Source: Clostridia bacterium
Lineage (GTDB): Bacteria > Bacillota > Clostridia > Oscillospirales > Acutalibacteraceae
Assembly (NCBI GenBank): GCA_017432485.1
Contig: JAFRJB010000018.1
Location: forward strand, 1,953 to 65,952
Length of the DNA: 64,000 bases
Direction of reading: 5' to 3'
Position numbers and translations under genes: made by a program
Notes under the pieces: generated by a model
Told to the model about the DNA's origin: nothing
Database searches by the model: none
The model's input: only the letters and a program-made list of their open reading frames with translations
Part shown: positions 53,780 through 61,554 of the stretch, piece by piece
Layout: every line of letters begins with the position of its first letter
How positions within the stretch are numbered: the first letter of the stretch is position 1

Positions 53780-54397
53780 ATGAGTATTTTAAGTTTCGAA
53801 TATAGAAATTGTTCTTTAGTAATAACGTTTAGTATTTTAGCTCTTGTAATAATTACTTTATTGTTATGCGCTTTTTTTCTAATAAAGTTTTTACTTAAAA
53901 AATATTCGAAAAACAACAAACTTTCTTCAATGATTATTGATGAGGCCAAACTGGGTACCGGTAGTAACTGCATCACACTAAAATTTGACAACAGAGATAA
54001 GGAAGTCGCTTATAAGTTGTGGATTGAGATGACTACACGAAAAATTGGACTTGTTTTTGATGAGGAAAATGATGTTATTGTTGAGATTTATGATTCTTGG
54101 TATGAATTCTTTAAAATAACACGTGAATTGATTAAAGATATACCGTTTGAAAAAAAGCATACATATCAGCTAATAGAATTAACAAAAGACGTACTAAACA
54201 AAGGATTAAGACCACATTTAACAAAATGGCAAGCAAAGTATCGAAAATGGTATGCTCTCGCTGCAAAAAATTCCCAAAAAACGCCACAAGAAATTCAACG
54301 AGAATATCCAGAATACAAAGAACTTGTCAATGATTTAAAAAGAACCAATCAAAACATGCTAGAATATAGCGACTTGCTACATTCAATTTTAATGTAA
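53780..54397 (+). CDS. hypothetical N-terminally membrane-anchored helical protein
   Basis: RBS AAGGAG. TM helix VITFSILALVIITLLLCAFFLI. Last gene of the operon. Confidence 0.6.
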   Translation: MSILSFEYRNCSLVITFSILALVIITLLLCAFFLIKFLLKKYSKNNKLSSMIIDEAKLGTGSNCITLKFDNRDKEVAYKLWIEMTTRKIGLVFDEENDVIVEIYDSWYEFFKITRELIKDIPFEKKHTYQLIELTKDVLNKGLRPHLTKWQAKYRKWYALAAKNSQKTPQEIQREYPEYKELVNDLKRTNQNMLEYSDLLHSILM

Positions 54398-54434
54398 TAG
54401 TTATATAAAAAACTGTTAAAGGAATAACCTTTAA
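54397..54434. terminator. bidirectional terminator
   Basis: AAAA-AACTGTTAAAGG-AATAA-CCTTTAACAGTT-TTTT. Confidence 0.8.
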
Positions 54435-54457
54435 CAGTTTTTTATTAGCATAGTTTA

Positions 54458-55393
54458 TTATTCCAACACAGTTTTTATCAACTCTATATTTTCAAAATAA
54501 AGAAAATCACAAGAACCTTCTAATTGTATCCTATTACAATTAGTAATAAACCGCTGATTATCTGCAGCTTCTATTAACTCTACACTACAGTCTTTAATAT
54601 GTAAATTAAATAAATGCGTAGGGTTTATAGCAATCAAAATAATATTTGAAGAAATAGGGAAATAGATAAAGGTTGTATTATTTCTTAGTCCTTCTTTGAA
54701 TAAGACACACTTGTTTGTACGACTATTAACAAAATTAACCGGTGAATCACTTGTTAAAAAGCATTTCTCTTTCTTTGAGACGCAAAACAAAAAGGAGTAC
54801 TGCATCAAAGCCTCAACACAAGTTTTCAAATTATCTATATTTAGTGCGCTTCCCATTGCCGTTTCTTTAAAATAAAACTCACCGTTAAAACCATCTAAAT
54901 AATTATTACATTTCTCTGAAAGAATAAAATGATGCTTAATATCACTTAACAACTCCGGGAGATGTTCATAATAATAATTCGACATATACTTTCGAACTTT
55001 TTGTCCTCGGAATAATTGAAGCATTAAATGTATTGACAGAATCACTTTTTCATCTTGAGAGATAATAACACTGTTGTTTTGAATCAAGACATTTTCACAT
55101 GCTTGTCTAATCTTTTTTAAAAGTACGCCTAATTCTGGTTCGACTATTGTTGCATAATAATTTTCCCAATAATATTTCTCATCTATACTATTTACAGTAT
55201 AAAAATCCTTTTCCGCAGCAATGTTCTTTATTTCTGCTGGAAACACCTTTCTATTTGATTTAGAATAAACAAATATATTTGCTTTTTTTGACCCACATCC
55301 AAAATTTTTTAAGTATGTTTGTGGGACATAGTGTTGTTTTTTTGGTTTGTTCATTATTTCTAAAATATTATTGATATTGAAATAGTTCAACAC
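54458..55393 (-). CDS. DUF4238-family protein
   Basis: KKQHYVPQTYLKNFG is the DUF4238 N-terminal signature. The likely true start is the ATG at 55354 (MNKPKKQHY); the track start at 55393 is a GTG. Confidence 0.7.
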   Translation of the reverse strand: MLNYFNINNILEIMNKPKKQHYVPQTYLKNFGCGSKKANIFVYSKSNRKVFPAEIKNIAAEKDFYTVNSIDEKYYWENYYATIVEPELGVLLKKIRQACENVLIQNNSVIISQDEKVILSIHLMLQLFRGQKVRKYMSNYYYEHLPELLSDIKHHFILSEKCNNYLDGFNGEFYFKETAMGSALNIDNLKTCVEALMQYSFLFCVSKKEKCFLTSDSPVNFVNSRTNKCVLFKEGLRNNTTFIYFPISSNIILIAINPTHLFNLHIKDCSVELIEAADNQRFITNCNRIQLEGSCDFLYFENIELIKTVLE

Positions 55394-55394
55394 A

Positions 55395-55413
55395 GGATAA
55401 CTAACAATTATCT
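55395..55413 (+). promoter_or_regulatory. 19-bp dyad GGATAACTAACAATTATCT, copy 1, 16 nt upstream of the STAND-like gene
   Basis: Identical to the minus-strand sequence at 59927-59909 and similar to 61516-61534. Half-sites are GATAAY-N5-RTTATC. Confidence 0.65.
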
Positions 55414-55429
55414 ATAGTGGAGAATAAAT

Positions 55430-57901
55430 ATGAGAATTGAAGTTAACAGCATTACTAATAGAGAGCAATGTATAGATAGAATTGTAGAAGAGTGCATTCA
55501 GTCTAAATCACATTCTTATGTCTTTAGCGGTCCTGAAGGAAGCGGAAAAGAGCACTATATAAAAAAACTTTATAAAAACTTTTCACAAATAGATAATATT
55601 ACTATTTTAGAATTTATTGACGATCAATTGGTATGTAAAGAGGAAAAATACAAAACGACCAAAAATCACATAGAGATAAATGCTGCGTTTTATATTGGTA
55701 TAGCATTAAGCAAAGAAGAGAAAAACCAAAGTAACTTAAACTATATAGTCACATCTATAAATAGTATTAAAAATAGTAACATTGTGATTATGCAACCTAA
55801 TGTTGATTCTATAAGTGATTGTGCAAGAACAATACTTAGAATTATTACGAATAATAGAAACTACATAGAAAAAAACACTGGAAAATCAATATCTTTAGTA
55901 TGTTCATATGATGAGAACAATACTGTTAGGATAAATGATTTTCTTTTCGATTATACATATTCATTTAAAAACTATTCTATAAAAGATATTAACACAATTC
56001 TAATAAATACAGGGAGGATAAAGGTTGACACAATTAAGAACTATGGAAATAAAATAAAAAAACTTTATGATATTTCAAACGGCAACTTTAATCTAGTAAA
56101 TATTATTTATAAAGACATATTTCTTAGTGATATTAATTACAGTAATTCTTTATCTGAAATAGTTAAAAAGCGCATTGAGTATATTAAATTACACAAATCA
56201 AATGAGATGGTTAGTAGTAAAGATTTAGAAGATATTATTTTAACCTGCTCACTATGCGTTGACTGTTTTAACCACCAAATAATTTCATATAGTAGCAAAA
56301 AAACTAAAGAAAAAGTGTTTGAAGGATTCCAGATATATACTACGGAACGATTAATAGAGGAAAAAGCAAATCAGTATTCTTTTATCTCAGACGAAATAAA
56401 GCAAATATTAGAACAACATCAATCACTTAATAAAAGAATTTCATACATTGAATTATATAATTATTTATCTCATTTTAAATGTGATTCATATTATGAAAGA
56501 GCTTTTTATCTAATGCGATATTATAATGAAATAAATATTGATGTCTTAAGTCTTTTTATTCTTTCTGTTTCTAAATCATATATACTCGGCGAATACTGGA
56601 GAATAGAAAAAATTACAGATATGATATATAACGAACCTACAGGGTTGTTATACTATAGTGAAATATTTATACATTACATCAATGCATTTAAGTATTTTGA
56701 AAACAAAGATTATTTAAACGCCATTAAAGAACTAGACTTAATAAACGAGAATATCACGAATACTATAATCCGTACAGAAGTGAATAGATTAAGGTTTAAG
56801 TGTTACTATTATGGTGACAATACTAACAATATTGATTGTATTAAAACAATAAACAAACTAAAAAATATTGCTCAGAAAGAATTAAAGATTGAACTTGAAG
56901 AAAAATCATTTTTTTCAGTTGATGAATTCATATTGAGACTGCAAATTTTACTTGAAATTTCGCCATGCATTATAGATGATTATAACGATTGTCAAACTTT
57001 TGATGAATTATATACTTTAATTATTAGTATTTGCAGAAAGATAGAAACGGAAAATCTTTCAACATTCACAACAAATTATTTACTTAATATATTTAATAGA
57101 AAAGCTTTTTTGTTTTCAAACTCGATGGTATCAGATGTTTATTACGAGGAGGCTAAATCCTTTTTCTTTAGAAACCATATTTTAGATGAATACTGTATCA
57201 CACTGATTTGTTATGCTGGCTCCCTTTTATTCTCCTCTGAGTTTAAAAAAGCTGTGACACTCTGTAAAGAAGTAATAGATATTATTACAAAACAAAATAT
57301 AGTAATACCTACACCGGAAAAACTGTATAATAATCTTTATATTGCTGAATTTCTAAATAGAGAACAATTTTCAAGTAAACGGGAAGCAATAAAATATGGA
57401 AATATTATTTCGCAGAAACTTTATCAAATAGCAAATGAATTGTCATCGTCTCCAAGTAAAAATGTAATTCTCACAAATGTTGCATCCTTGGCCCTTTATT
57501 CTAACAATTTTAACTTGTATTCAAGAGCAAAGTGTGATATAGAAGAATCACTTAATTGTTCAGATGTGTCGAATGTACTAGATTCTAGAATTAATGATTT
57601 CTATAGATATCATTTTGCTTGGTTTGAAATATTTTTTAATATACAAAAATCCGACTGGGATAGTGTAACTGATAAATTTGCGCAAGTGGAATATTTTGTT
57701 CCTGCTTTGTTTCAGAAGACCGAAGATCTAATTCAAGAAAAAAACAAATACATAAAAGAACTAATTATCAAGAAAGAAAGTATTGATAGTTATGATTTCT
57801 GCAACAATCTTGTAAAAACAACAAATCCCAAAGCAAGTTATAATAGTCTATATTATAGAGGATTACCATTATCTGATTTACAATATACCTCATATAATTA
57901 G
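55430..57901 (+). CDS. STAND/AAA_16-like NTPase with a long TPR-like helical C-terminal region and a non-canonical Walker A
   Basis: FSGPEGSGKEHYIKKL (GxxxxGK followed by Glu rather than Ser/Thr), NIVIMQPNVD (Walker B-like), ISNGNFNLVNIIY (GNP-like). The remaining ~550 aa are helical repeats. Confidence 0.5.
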   Translation: MRIEVNSITNREQCIDRIVEECIQSKSHSYVFSGPEGSGKEHYIKKLYKNFSQIDNITILEFIDDQLVCKEEKYKTTKNHIEINAAFYIGIALSKEEKNQSNLNYIVTSINSIKNSNIVIMQPNVDSISDCARTILRIITNNRNYIEKNTGKSISLVCSYDENNTVRINDFLFDYTYSFKNYSIKDINTILINTGRIKVDTIKNYGNKIKKLYDISNGNFNLVNIIYKDIFLSDINYSNSLSEIVKKRIEYIKLHKSNEMVSSKDLEDIILTCSLCVDCFNHQIISYSSKKTKEKVFEGFQIYTTERLIEEKANQYSFISDEIKQILEQHQSLNKRISYIELYNYLSHFKCDSYYERAFYLMRYYNEINIDVLSLFILSVSKSYILGEYWRIEKITDMIYNEPTGLLYYSEIFIHYINAFKYFENKDYLNAIKELDLINENITNTIIRTEVNRLRFKCYYYGDNTNNIDCIKTINKLKNIAQKELKIELEEKSFFSVDEFILRLQILLEISPCIIDDYNDCQTFDELYTLIISICRKIETENLSTFTTNYLLNIFNRKAFLFSNSMVSDVYYEEAKSFFFRNHILDEYCITLICYAGSLLFSSEFKKAVTLCKEVIDIITKQNIVIPTPEKLYNNLYIAEFLNREQFSSKREAIKYGNIISQKLYQIANELSSSPSKNVILTNVASLALYSNNFNLYSRAKCDIEESLNCSDVSNVLDSRINDFYRYHFAWFEIFFNIQKSDWDSVTDKFAQVEYFVPALFQKTEDLIQEKNKYIKELIIKKESIDSYDFCNNLVKTTNPKASYNSLYYRGLPLSDLQYTSYN

Positions 57902-58944
57902 AACTTTGATAGTTGTACTACAACTTTATAAATATCATTATATGAGAGATTATATTGTTTAAAAATATAGCTTATTGAACTATGTTTTATCGTATATGGA
58001 GTTCCAGCAATGTCAATTAAAAAACAATTTCCATTGTAATCGATGCGAAAGTCAAATCTAGCATATGTATCAATACATAGTAATTCCGCAGATTTCTCTG
58101 CATATTCACATATACTGTCACATGTTTCTTTGCAAACATTATTTTGGAGCAAGTCAAATTCGTAGTCATAGGCGTTAGATATTTTACTGGTAATAATATC
58201 AGAGTCTTTTATTTTTATCAAAACCGGATCTAAAGCTTTATATTGGTTGTTAACTTTTAGGACTAACACCTCACACTCTAATCCAGGTATGTATTCTTGA
58301 ACCATAACACGTTCATCTTGCATATTATTAGAAATTTTAATTAAAGATTCTTCCCAGTTACTATTATTAAGAATTGTAATAATATTTTTTTCAGACATTC
58401 CGATACTGGCTGATTCGTTAATGCTTTTTATGATTACTGTTTTGCAATCTGGTTTCTTAGTGAGGAATCCTTTTTCTTTACTATAATAATAGGTTTTGGG
58501 TATAGGTATTTCAAAGTTATTAAGAAACGAAGAATAAGTAAACTTGTTTCTTAAAAGCGAAATCACAAACGCATTAGAACCAGTATATTTTATTCCTAAC
58601 AAATCACAAAATGCTGGAATTAAAGATTTTTTGCCTTCCTTTATACCATCTCTAGAAAAGTTATAAACAATTGTCTTTTCCTTTTCAATACTATTGTTTA
58701 TTGCGAAGTTAATAAACTCCATTTCAGAATAAAACACTTTAACATAGCCGAAAACACTAAAAATAGCAGAAGCTATCTCGGCAAATTCTTCTCTAGAAAA
58801 GAATTCATCCATACTGGCATGGTTATAATCCCATTTTTTAGTTTCCTTTAGGATGTTGCGGGTGTTAGCGACAATAAAAATCGTGTAGTTTTGAGCATCT
58901 TGGTTAAATTCATAAATAATATCTCTAACAATTGCATCTTTCAT
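57898..58944 (-). CDS. ATP-grasp ligase, D-Ala-D-Ala-ligase-like
   Basis: KSLIPAFCDLLGIKYTGSNAFVISLLRNKFTYSSFLNNFEIPIP, VMVQEYIPGLECEVLVL, ARFDFRIDYNGNCFLIDI. Its stop overlaps the stop of 55430..57901 by 4 nt. Confidence 0.7.
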   Translation of the reverse strand: MKDAIVRDIIYEFNQDAQNYTIFIVANTRNILKETKKWDYNHASMDEFFSREEFAEIASAIFSVFGYVKVFYSEMEFINFAINNSIEKEKTIVYNFSRDGIKEGKKSLIPAFCDLLGIKYTGSNAFVISLLRNKFTYSSFLNNFEIPIPKTYYYSKEKGFLTKKPDCKTVIIKSINESASIGMSEKNIITILNNSNWEESLIKISNNMQDERVMVQEYIPGLECEVLVLKVNNQYKALDPVLIKIKDSDIITSKISNAYDYEFDLLQNNVCKETCDSICEYAEKSAELLCIDTYARFDFRIDYNGNCFLIDIAGTPYTIKHSSISYIFKQYNLSYNDIYKVVVQLSKF

Positions 58945-58945
58945 A

Positions 58946-59890
58946 TTATTTCTCCGGTGTAAATATTGTTTCAGAATAGTATCTTGTAATTACAGTCCCC
59001 CAATTTATTTCAGATATTTTCATTGGTTTGTGTTCTAAAAAATGCTCAATATAAATCTTCATCAAATTATCTCCTGCCAGGCTACTTGCTATAGTTGTTC
59101 CACCTATTCTTAAATTTGTTTCAATATAATATGCGATTCCTTCTTTTACAATAAACTGACTATTTGAAAAGCCAGGAATATAATAATTTTGGTAAAGCTT
59201 CTTGCAAGCATCTATCAGTAATTGATTTTTCTCAATGATACATTTGTACGTAATACCATTTCTAATAGCTAACCGCCTTCTAGGAATAATATTTTTTGGA
59301 TTGCCTTCAAAATCGCAGAGAACATCTACTGTATATTCAGTTCCATCAATATAATCCTGTATAAATGAAGATTTATTAGTGTATTTTTTTATTTCATCTG
59401 TTTTTGCGTTTTTTAATACTTTAATTCCATAGCTACAGCAAGATACTTTTTCTCTAATAATAACTGGTTGGTCAATTAATACTGTCAAATTGTCATCATT
59501 ATATATGTGAGGTATTTCTAAACCTATCTTTGAAACGGCAATACTTGCATTATATTTGTTTGTAAATAAATCAACTAATTTGTTATCTACCGTTATTATC
59601 TTACTTGAGAAATATTCTGAAAATTTATTAAACCATTTTTGCTCTTCTTCTTCAGAAGAAATGATTAATTCAATATTGTGAGCCTCGCAAATCATTTTGA
59701 TTTGCATAATGTATTCATATCCTTTATCAATATCATCGGTTTTTATGAACTTATCAACTAATATGCTACCGCTGCTATAGCCATATGGTATACTTGAACA
59801 TCCAATAATAAATATAGAGGGAAGATCTCTACACATTTTTATTGCACTAACGGCATTGTGATAAGATACATTTGTAATTAAAACATTCAT
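58946..59890 (-). CDS. ATP-grasp ligase (carbamoyl-phosphate-synthase L-chain-like/ATP-grasp_4)
   Basis: The ATG at 59890 follows AAGGTAGAG (MNVLITNVSYHN). FIQDYIDGTEYTVDVLCD, YYIETNLRIGG. The track start at 59908 is a TTG. Confidence 0.7.
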   Translation of the reverse strand: MNVLITNVSYHNAVSAIKMCRDLPSIFIIGCSSIPYGYSSGSILVDKFIKTDDIDKGYEYIMQIKMICEAHNIELIISSEEEEQKWFNKFSEYFSSKIITVDNKLVDLFTNKYNASIAVSKIGLEIPHIYNDDNLTVLIDQPVIIREKVSCCSYGIKVLKNAKTDEIKKYTNKSSFIQDYIDGTEYTVDVLCDFEGNPKNIIPRRRLAIRNGITYKCIIEKNQLLIDACKKLYQNYYIPGFSNSQFIVKEGIAYYIETNLRIGGTTIASSLAGDNLMKIYIEHFLEHKPMKISEINWGTVITRYYSETIFTPEK

Positions 59891-59908
59891 TTGCTCTACC
59901 TTTATCAA

Positions 59909-59927
59909 AGATAATTGTTAGTTATCC
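59909..59927 (-). promoter_or_regulatory. 19-bp dyad GGATAACTAACAATTATCT, copy 2, in the 38-nt gap between the regulator stop and the ATP-grasp start
   Basis: The plus strand reads AGATAATTGTTAGTTATCC. It lies 18 nt upstream of the ATG at 59890 and 1 nt after the stop at 59929. Confidence 0.65.
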
Positions 59928-59928
59928 T

Positions 59929-61404
59929 TTAATAATTTATTTTGTAAACTCGATTTTTAGTCTTCCCTTCACATATGACTCTATCTTCATTAACCAATTC
60001 TAATAGATAGTCTTTTGTTCGAGAAATTCCAAGGTCAATTGCTTTAGCAACATCTATAGAAGTGGCAGATTCAATGGTAGAAAGGTATTCAAGAATCTGT
60101 TTTTTTCTTTTGTCAGATATTTTTTCCGCCGATTTTTTCCGCCGATTTTTTCCGCCGATTTTTTCCGCCGATTTTTTGTCGGCAAATTTTGTTAAATAAA
60201 GATATAATATAGATCTTTCCGGATTGAACTTTTCTTCAATCACGGGCAAAGTCCACTGCTGTTCATCCCAAACCCTAAAAATGTTCGGAATGCCACTACC
60301 GGCTCTTTCACCAACATCAATTAAACTAAACATCTTCATAAGCGTTGTGTTTCTTGGATCTGAAACACCGCCGATAACTACTTCTCTCGAATCCACTCTA
60401 AAGGTTCCCGGATTAGAAATGATAATACATTTAGGTCTTTTAACAACAACTATCCCTTGTCTACCATAATAATCGGCATTAATCAGGCAATTAGCCAAAG
60501 CTTCTCTCAAAGCTTTGTGAACAGGAGTATCTTCCACACGCAAGCCACTTTCTAATTTAAATGGGACTTTAATATCCTGTATTAATCTATTATAAACTCG
60601 AAAATAGAAATCAAAAACATTTCCGCTCCATTCACCGGAAGATGAAATGATACGATCAGTCCATCTATTATCTTGATCATACTGTTCCTGATAATCAAGA
60701 AAGTAATTACGAAATTCTCTTGTAATTTCGTACTCATTTCCAAACATTAATAATCCGGCAGCAGTGGGGTGAATATTTCCGTCTTCACCTCTACCCATAG
60801 CACCTATTCTCAACAAAAATGCGGAATCTTCAAGTGATTCCCAAACATGTCCCGGTCTGGCATATTTCATACGCATTCTATAACTATGAATAGTATCATA
60901 ATTAAACACATCTTCATTCATGCCTTCAAGAACAGTTAGATCATTCGTTTGAGCAGATGCATCTCGCAGCATTGCTTTCACTTCTTCTTGAGAACATTTA
61001 TAGTCACCATCACCATCTCTTCGATAGGTTCCGGTTAAAGGATTTCCATTGATATAAATTGGCTTGTCCGCCCTTTGAGCACGAGGGACAGAAATAACAA
61101 TAATATCTTTATTGTTAAATGTTATAACTTCAACATCTTTATTGGATAAAATGTTAATATTAACTTTACTTTGATTGTTAATGGTATTCCAAAAATCAGT
61201 TAAAATATGCTCCGCATCGTTTAACCCCACAATTTCAAATGATTTGTCAGCTTTCTCACAAACACCAAGTAAAATGGTTCCTCCTAAGGTATTTGCGAAA
61301 GAAGAATATGTCTCCCAAATGCTGTTAGGCAAACCGCCTTTAGCTTTTTTTGCTTCTAAACGGTTATTTTCTTTATACTGCTCTAAATTATCGAAATCAA
61401 TCAT
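59929..61404 (-). CDS. Schlafen/AlbA_2 domain, HATPase_c_4-like domain and C-terminal wHTH (putative transcriptional regulator)
   Basis: GGAGGAA lies 6 nt before the ATG at 61404 (MIDFDNLEQYKENNRLEAKKAKGGLPNSIWETYSSFANTLGGTILLGV). GSGIPNIF (HATPase-like). C-terminus ILEYLSTIESATSIDVAKAIDLGISRTKDYLLELV. Confidence 0.7.
   Translation of the reverse strand: MIDFDNLEQYKENNRLEAKKAKGGLPNSIWETYSSFANTLGGTILLGVCEKADKSFEIVGLNDAEHILTDFWNTINNQSKVNINILSNKDVEVITFNNKDIIVISVPRAQRADKPIYINGNPLTGTYRRDGDGDYKCSQEEVKAMLRDASAQTNDLTVLEGMNEDVFNYDTIHSYRMRMKYARPGHVWESLEDSAFLLRIGAMGRGEDGNIHPTAAGLLMFGNEYEITREFRNYFLDYQEQYDQDNRWTDRIISSSGEWSGNVFDFYFRVYNRLIQDIKVPFKLESGLRVEDTPVHKALREALANCLINADYYGRQGIVVVKRPKCIIISNPGTFRVDSREVVIGGVSDPRNTTLMKMFSLIDVGERAGSGIPNIFRVWDEQQWTLPVIEEKFNPERSILYLYLTKFADKKSAEKIGGKNRRKKSAEKISDKRKKQILEYLSTIESATSIDVAKAIDLGISRTKDYLLELVNEDRVICEGKTKNRVYKINY
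60120..60171. repeat. perfect 13-nt tandem repeat x4 (TTTTTTCCGCCGA; coding strand TCGGCGGAAAAAA) inside the regulator CDS, plus a degenerate fifth unit
   Basis: Counted base by base. CCGCCGA starts at 60126, 60139, 60152 and 60165. It encodes KKSAEKIGGKNRRKKSAEK, so each unit is read in a different frame. Confidence 0.9.
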
Positions 61405-61515
61405 TATAGATTCCTCCAATATATTTCTATTATTTATTTTAATATAAATTGGAAGCATTATCAATAATAAATTAAACATAAAGATTTTTAAACAAGTGGT
61501 GAGAATCGCAACTTG

Positions 61516-61534
61516 TTTTTTTAAGGATAACTAT
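61516..61534 (+). promoter_or_regulatory. 19-bp dyad GGATAACTATTTGTTATCT, copy 3, in the divergent regulator/decarboxylase-fusion intergenic region
   Basis: Perfect GATAAC-N5-GTTATC palindrome, 20 nt upstream of the ATG at 61555. Confidence 0.6.
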
Positions 61535-61554
61535 TTGTTATCTTTTATTAATGG

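Noticed and set aside
55430-57901. Could the P-loop-like 823-aa protein be the missing 5-hmdU DNA kinase for the aGPT-Pplase-like gene?
   Set aside because: It is far larger than known kinases. Its Walker A has Glu after the Lys. The C-terminal two-thirds are TPR-like repeats. It sits in a different transcription unit beyond a bidirectional terminator. STAND-like is the better description.
60224-61447. Plus-strand ORFs 60224..60469 and 61175..61447 inside the regulator gene
   Set aside because: They are antisense to a well-supported CDS, have no RBS and show no recognisable motifs.
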